Assembly: GCF_000143415.4 (NCBI RefSeq)
Contig: NW_003314279.1
Span: 1,332,659-1,396,658, forward strand
DNA from: Selaginella moellendorffii
Taxonomy: Eukaryota > Plantae > Lycopodiophyta
Reading direction: 5' to 3'
Length of the DNA: 64,000 nt
This document shows, in pieces, positions 59,621 through 64,000 of the stretch. Every line of letters starts with the position of its first letter. Position 1 is the stretch's first letter. Below the pieces are notes generated by a model. The model saw nothing but the letters and a program-made list of their open reading frames with translations, ran no database searches and was not told the DNA's origin. Both the position numbers and the translations under genes were made by a program.

Positions 59621-61728
59621 GTGTGTGTAAATACATAAATTACAAACTTTATATTTTACAATTTTAAATCTGCTAGAGTCAGTCATTGAATATAAAATTT
59701 CTAGTAAATATTCTTTTAGATCTGTAAATGCATCACTGGTGAAATAGATCAATATAGTCTTATGGTCTCATATTCTTCCATTTTGCAACTCATCAACAAA
59801 ACATAAAGTTCCAAAAGTTTAAACGTCTTTATCTTTTTTACCCAAATCTTCTTATATGCTTGCTCTGTAATCCAAGAAATGGCATTTTCAAAACCATCTG
59901 CCCCTTTGAGTGGAATTCTCTCATAACATTTAATAATAAAAGTTTTGGTAAAATTGATACACCCATTTGTGTTGCCCAAAACAATTTAGCAGTATTGAAT
60001 CTTTGTATATTTATGATAGTATACAGAGACATAAACACGGGAATACATGGGGTTTTCTTGTTCACTAGCATGGCACTATATATATATAATGAGTAACATA
60101 TCGTTTATATAAAAGTAATTTTTATTACACCAAATATAAAGATTTTACTAACTAAATAGAATAGAACAAGAAATATCCTACAACACCAAACAAGAATGAA
60201 GGAGAAAAGCATAATTCTAAACACTAGAAAGAATTGCCAAAAAACCTTACTCTTCAATCATGCACCTGGATAAATTACTTTCTTTCCTGTCTTTACTTTA
60301 TAGTATTATATTTATATACACACATTTATTTATATACCTTAAAATATATAATATCCAGGTGTAATAAATGGAAAAGTTTTATTCAAGCCTTTAATAGTGA
60401 ATCAAATTGTCCAATAATATATATAAAGTTATTTTATCCCAATTATTTCAATAAAATAATTAGTGAAGATAATCTAAAACTTTAATTGAAATACAGATCA
60501 ATTTAAATATTAATTTTTTACTTTGCAATAGCACAAACTACATAAAAAATTATAAACATTAGTATTGTGTAAGAAAAAAAAGACATTAATTTGAAATATG
60601 GTCAATAAAAGTTAAATGTAAAATAAAAGGTTTATAAACAAAATTGTACCCATTTTTTAATCAGTTAAAGGTTTCAATAATTAAGCATCTTTGCTTGGGT
60701 TTAAGTAATACTGGTTTAGGTGACATTTTGAAAAGTTTAAAGAGTGAATTTTTATATATTATTTAATCCTTTATACTTTTATTATTGTAAATGTAAATGT
60801 GACTTAAAACTAAAGACAAGAACTATTACAAAAATAATTTATTTATAATTTGTTTCAATGCTAATTATATTTTGTAATACTTTCCTTGAAATATTAAAAT
60901 ATTGTCAATATTTATTTTTTATTTTATTATATTTATCTAAATCATTAGAAATAGTTTTAATATATCAGCTTTATATAATCAATAATTAATTTTACTAGCA
61001 ATAAGATTATGATGTAATGTTAAAAAATTTAGAATGTACTTCTACTATTCTTTTCATTAGCATCAATTGGATTAATAAATAGGAATAACATTACTATTAG
61101 CAAACCAAATGTTACTTCATATAATGCACAACAAATTATTAATATTTTAAGTTTATTATTTCAATAAAAAATATTACCATTGGTAAATTTTACAAACACA
61201 AATGGTCTGGTGTTCATAAGTTAAAATAAATTTGTCAGAAATTTGCCGATTTCATCAACACAAAGGATCAAACTTTGATGGCAAAGAGAAAACATCTTGT
61301 TCACATCTGTTTCGTCAAGGCTCTATGAGATAGTAATGTTTTCATAGAAGTACTAGAGCTTTCTTAAGAAATTGCATGTGGTTTTGACTAGATCTGTACT
61401 GAACATTTACTATCTTTATGTGGTTGTTTGTACCTCACTCTTAAAACTATTTTATATTCACTTCAGTTGAAGTCTCCTGCAAACATAAAGTCACACCTAT
61501 GTTTTTTTCCCTCATCATACATTCATGCATCTTTGTAATTGAAAGTGAGCATCTTTGGGATAAACTTTCTTAGTTAATTTACCTTCATCATACCAATGAC
61601 TTGGGAGGGTATTTTCAAATAATCATCTATTCATTTTTTAAAGGTTGAAGTTTACCAGATGGAAAATAAAGGTCCATGTGCTCACTTACTAAAGCTAGTA
61701 ATGAAAACTATCATATTTAATAATTACT

Positions 61729-62010
61729 CTAGATGATCAAACCAAGCTCCCCGTCCTTTAACAGGAACTTGGAGTCACGCTTACAGCAGACCTTGTTCTT
61801 ACACTTGTATCGCGGCTGCGTGATCTTCTTGTTGTTAAAATTGTTGAAACTGGAGGGCTCGCCACAAGTCTTGCAGGGCGGTTTGATCGATTTTGCTAGC
61901 TCAAGATCATCGCTGGTGGGAAGGCCTTCGTGGGCGGGCTGGAACACTGCATGGTTATCTTTCCCAGGGGACCGCCCCCTCTTCTTCTTCACAGCCGGAG
62001 CGATCGCTGC
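61729..62010 (-). pseudogene. 5'-truncated paralog of the Dof-like zinc-finger gene
   Basis: KKKRGRSPG...PPCKTCGEPSSFNNFNNKKITQPRYKCKNKVC...LLKDGELGLII*; aligns to 57892-58190. Confidence 0.75.
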
Positions 62011-62028
62011 CTGGAGCCCCCCTGTCTT

Positions 62029-63905
62029 TGGGATTGCCTCGTATGACCATCTTGGAGATTTACGACAACTATTTCAAAGGCTTGGTGCCATCGCAGCTCA
62101 CTAATCTCCAGACGTTGAGAATCCACAACAACAAGTTGACTGGAACGATTCCCACGGACATTGACAAGCTGCAAGTACTGAGTGAGTTCAGGGCGTATGG
62201 AAATAAGCTCTCAGGTACCATACCGGACAGTCTGTGCTCAAAGTTGCTGTTGTGATCAAACTATCTGGAAGGTGGAATTCCGAGCAACAGATGCATTCTT
62301 AAGCTTTTACAGGGCAAATGAAGGCTTAAATCTGTCAGAGCGTGCGGGAGAACTATCAAGCCAACCCCCAGTAAAAACACTTTCCATTTCTTCTTTTCTT
62401 CATCTGATTCTTCGTCTGAAAATCAGACGAATCCAACCAGCTGCTCAATGCATGTGATCCAATAAGCCAGACAGTAGGGCATGCATGTGAGATGGCCTGC
62501 GTAATCTTCATTTCCCAGTGCCTGTCTTGCACGGTTGAGGAAACCTTTTCAAAAATCTAAAGGCTGAAGATAACAGGTGTTAGAACCCAGCGACAAGTAA
62601 ATGATCCACACCTGTTCCGCCATGGAACGCCTTTCATGAACGGGCTGGAGAGTGAACTGCGACGATTTGTGGCAAGCCGCCGGATGATGCTGTCAAGTTC
62701 ATATGATCATCGCCGGAGGCGATCAATGACTAGCTCGAGGCTCCAGTGGATCGTTTCCACGTCCGAGGAGGACGGGGAGGGCGAGCTCAAGATCTTCAAC
62801 CACATACGAGCTCTGCCGTTCAACGCCCACGACTTCCACTGCGTGGTTGGACGCGACGCCGACTTGATCATGCTGGCTCTCGCTAGCCCGCTCTCCAGGA
62901 AGATTAACATCGTCCACCAGACGCCAAAGGACGGAGTGATGATTTACAAGCTCATCAGCATCGAGACGCTCGTGTGTGATTTCGAGGTGCAGATGGAAGA
63001 GCCGTGCTCTGTGCGGCTGCGGTCCACCATGAGGGATCTCGTGTTCCTGTGCTTCCTTCTGGGGAACGATTTCCTGCCTGGCCTGGAGGCGCTCACAATC
63101 CGAAACAATGGCATCGACAAGCTCCAGCAAACGTACATGGAGGTTTTCAGTGAGGCGGGGGAGTTTATAATCGACTGCGATGGGATCGGAGACTTGAGCA
63201 GCCTTACCATCCTTGACTTGTCCATCACCTGTCCGGTTCCATACCACCTTCGATCGTAAAGATGGTGTCACTCAACTCGTCCAGGAACAAGCTCAGCGTC
63301 GACATTCCTCCAGTGCTGACCAAAATGAGGGTCAAAGATTTCCTGCTCTTCAACGTCTCATATAACAATTTTTCTGGAGTGCTTCCACAAGCACTGGAAG
63401 TCCCCATGTTCAACTCGAGTTTCATAGGCAATCCCAAGCTTTGCGTAGGGGCTCCCTGGTCTTTGAGGAAGTCCATGGACTTGCAAGCGGATTCCTCTAG
63501 ACTCCACAAACAGCCTGGCATGATGGCCTGGATATCAGGAAGTGTTCTTGCATCGGCAGTGGCAGCTGCACCCACAGCATTCACCATTTTTTCTCTCTTT
63601 TTTCATTCTCTCGTGCATTGTATTTCATCCTTTTTGCCATTTTTCTCTCTTTCTCGAATAGATCACGCATTTCATTCCAGTACCATCACCAAGCAGCAAA
63701 GAGAAAAAGAAAAAGAGCTAATGCTTGCTTACCACAGAAATCGGATCATCAAGCTGCTAGAGCGTCACGCAAGAAGCCAGTCAGAAGCCCTAAATTCGGC
63801 GTCACCTGGGCGGCATCTAATCCAAGCAGCAGTCCCCACGAGCTGCCAGCACGATCTTCAAGATCGCCCTGCTAGCCCACCAAAAGTCCAAAGAATATGC
63901 TTTCT
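62029..63905 (+). pseudogene. Broken duplicate of the LRR-RLK gene
   Basis: 62029-62289 matches about 55799-56083, 63186-63570 matches about 56084-56480, and about 63575-63905 matches the intron and a degenerate exon 2. Has a stop, frameshifts and a deleted kinase region. Confidence 0.9.
62561..63185 (+). pseudogene. XRN-family 5'-3' exoribonuclease fragment inserted in the RLK duplicate
   Basis: HGTPFM, GEGELKIFNHIR, HCVVGRDADLIMLALA, DLVFLCFLLGNDFLP, NNGIDKLQQTY. N-terminal catalytic part absent. Confidence 0.85.
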
Positions 63906-64000
63906 AAAAGGTAAATCAATATTTTCAGTATGTTGGTTCTATAAATGACTATTTTGCCAATCGAAATGGAACCTGATCATTTTAAGATGGTGTTTACATT

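Noticed and set aside
58780-60100. Short minus-strand ORF pieces (KEDELGIGKYDNILAWP..., ERIPLKGADGFENAISW...)
   Set aside because: They look coding-like but are interrupted and I cannot assign a family; BLASTX is needed.
62290-63185. Helitron as carrier of the XRN insert
   Set aside because: Insertion between A and T and a TC start on the minus strand fit, but there is no CTRR end or terminal hairpin, so the mechanism is unresolved.

Overview
Eukaryotic plant nuclear DNA that is gene-dense with mostly 45-100 nt introns. It is most consistent with a lycophyte such as Selaginella (inferred from gene content and architecture, not checked by search). About 19 protein-coding genes are supported: three PPR genes, an LRR protein, a GT77-type sugar transferase, an NLP transcription factor, a SWAP splicing factor, a purple acid phosphatase, a uL18-like protein, a small HTH protein, FKBP19, TL20.3, CBE1, a UGT, a PLP-transferase-like protein, SCAR/WAVE, a HAESA-like LRR-RLK, a small AT-hook/divergent-Dof protein and an F420-ligase-like gene. 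There are two accessory regions. The first (about 12-25.4 kb) is a CpG-depleted nest of LTR retrotransposons with TSDs at several levels, including two copies of a TRIM. The second (about 58.6-64 kb) is a patchwork of gene fragments (MIOX exon, Dof-like copy, broken RLK duplicate carrying an XRN fragment). The highlights are: (1) an intact 16-exon gene, missed by the ORF track, encoding a cyanobacterial-type F420-0:gamma-glutamyl-ligase (CofE-like) protein; (2) reciprocal relics showing that this gene once abutted the SWAP gene before about 17.5 kb came between them; (3) a Crinkler-like nuclease+kinase pseudogene; (4) three co-oriented genes spaced only 41 and 62 bp apart. All family assignments come from motif recognition by eye and need database confirmation. 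There are three assembly gaps (38312-38438, 44760-44859, 48790-48889).
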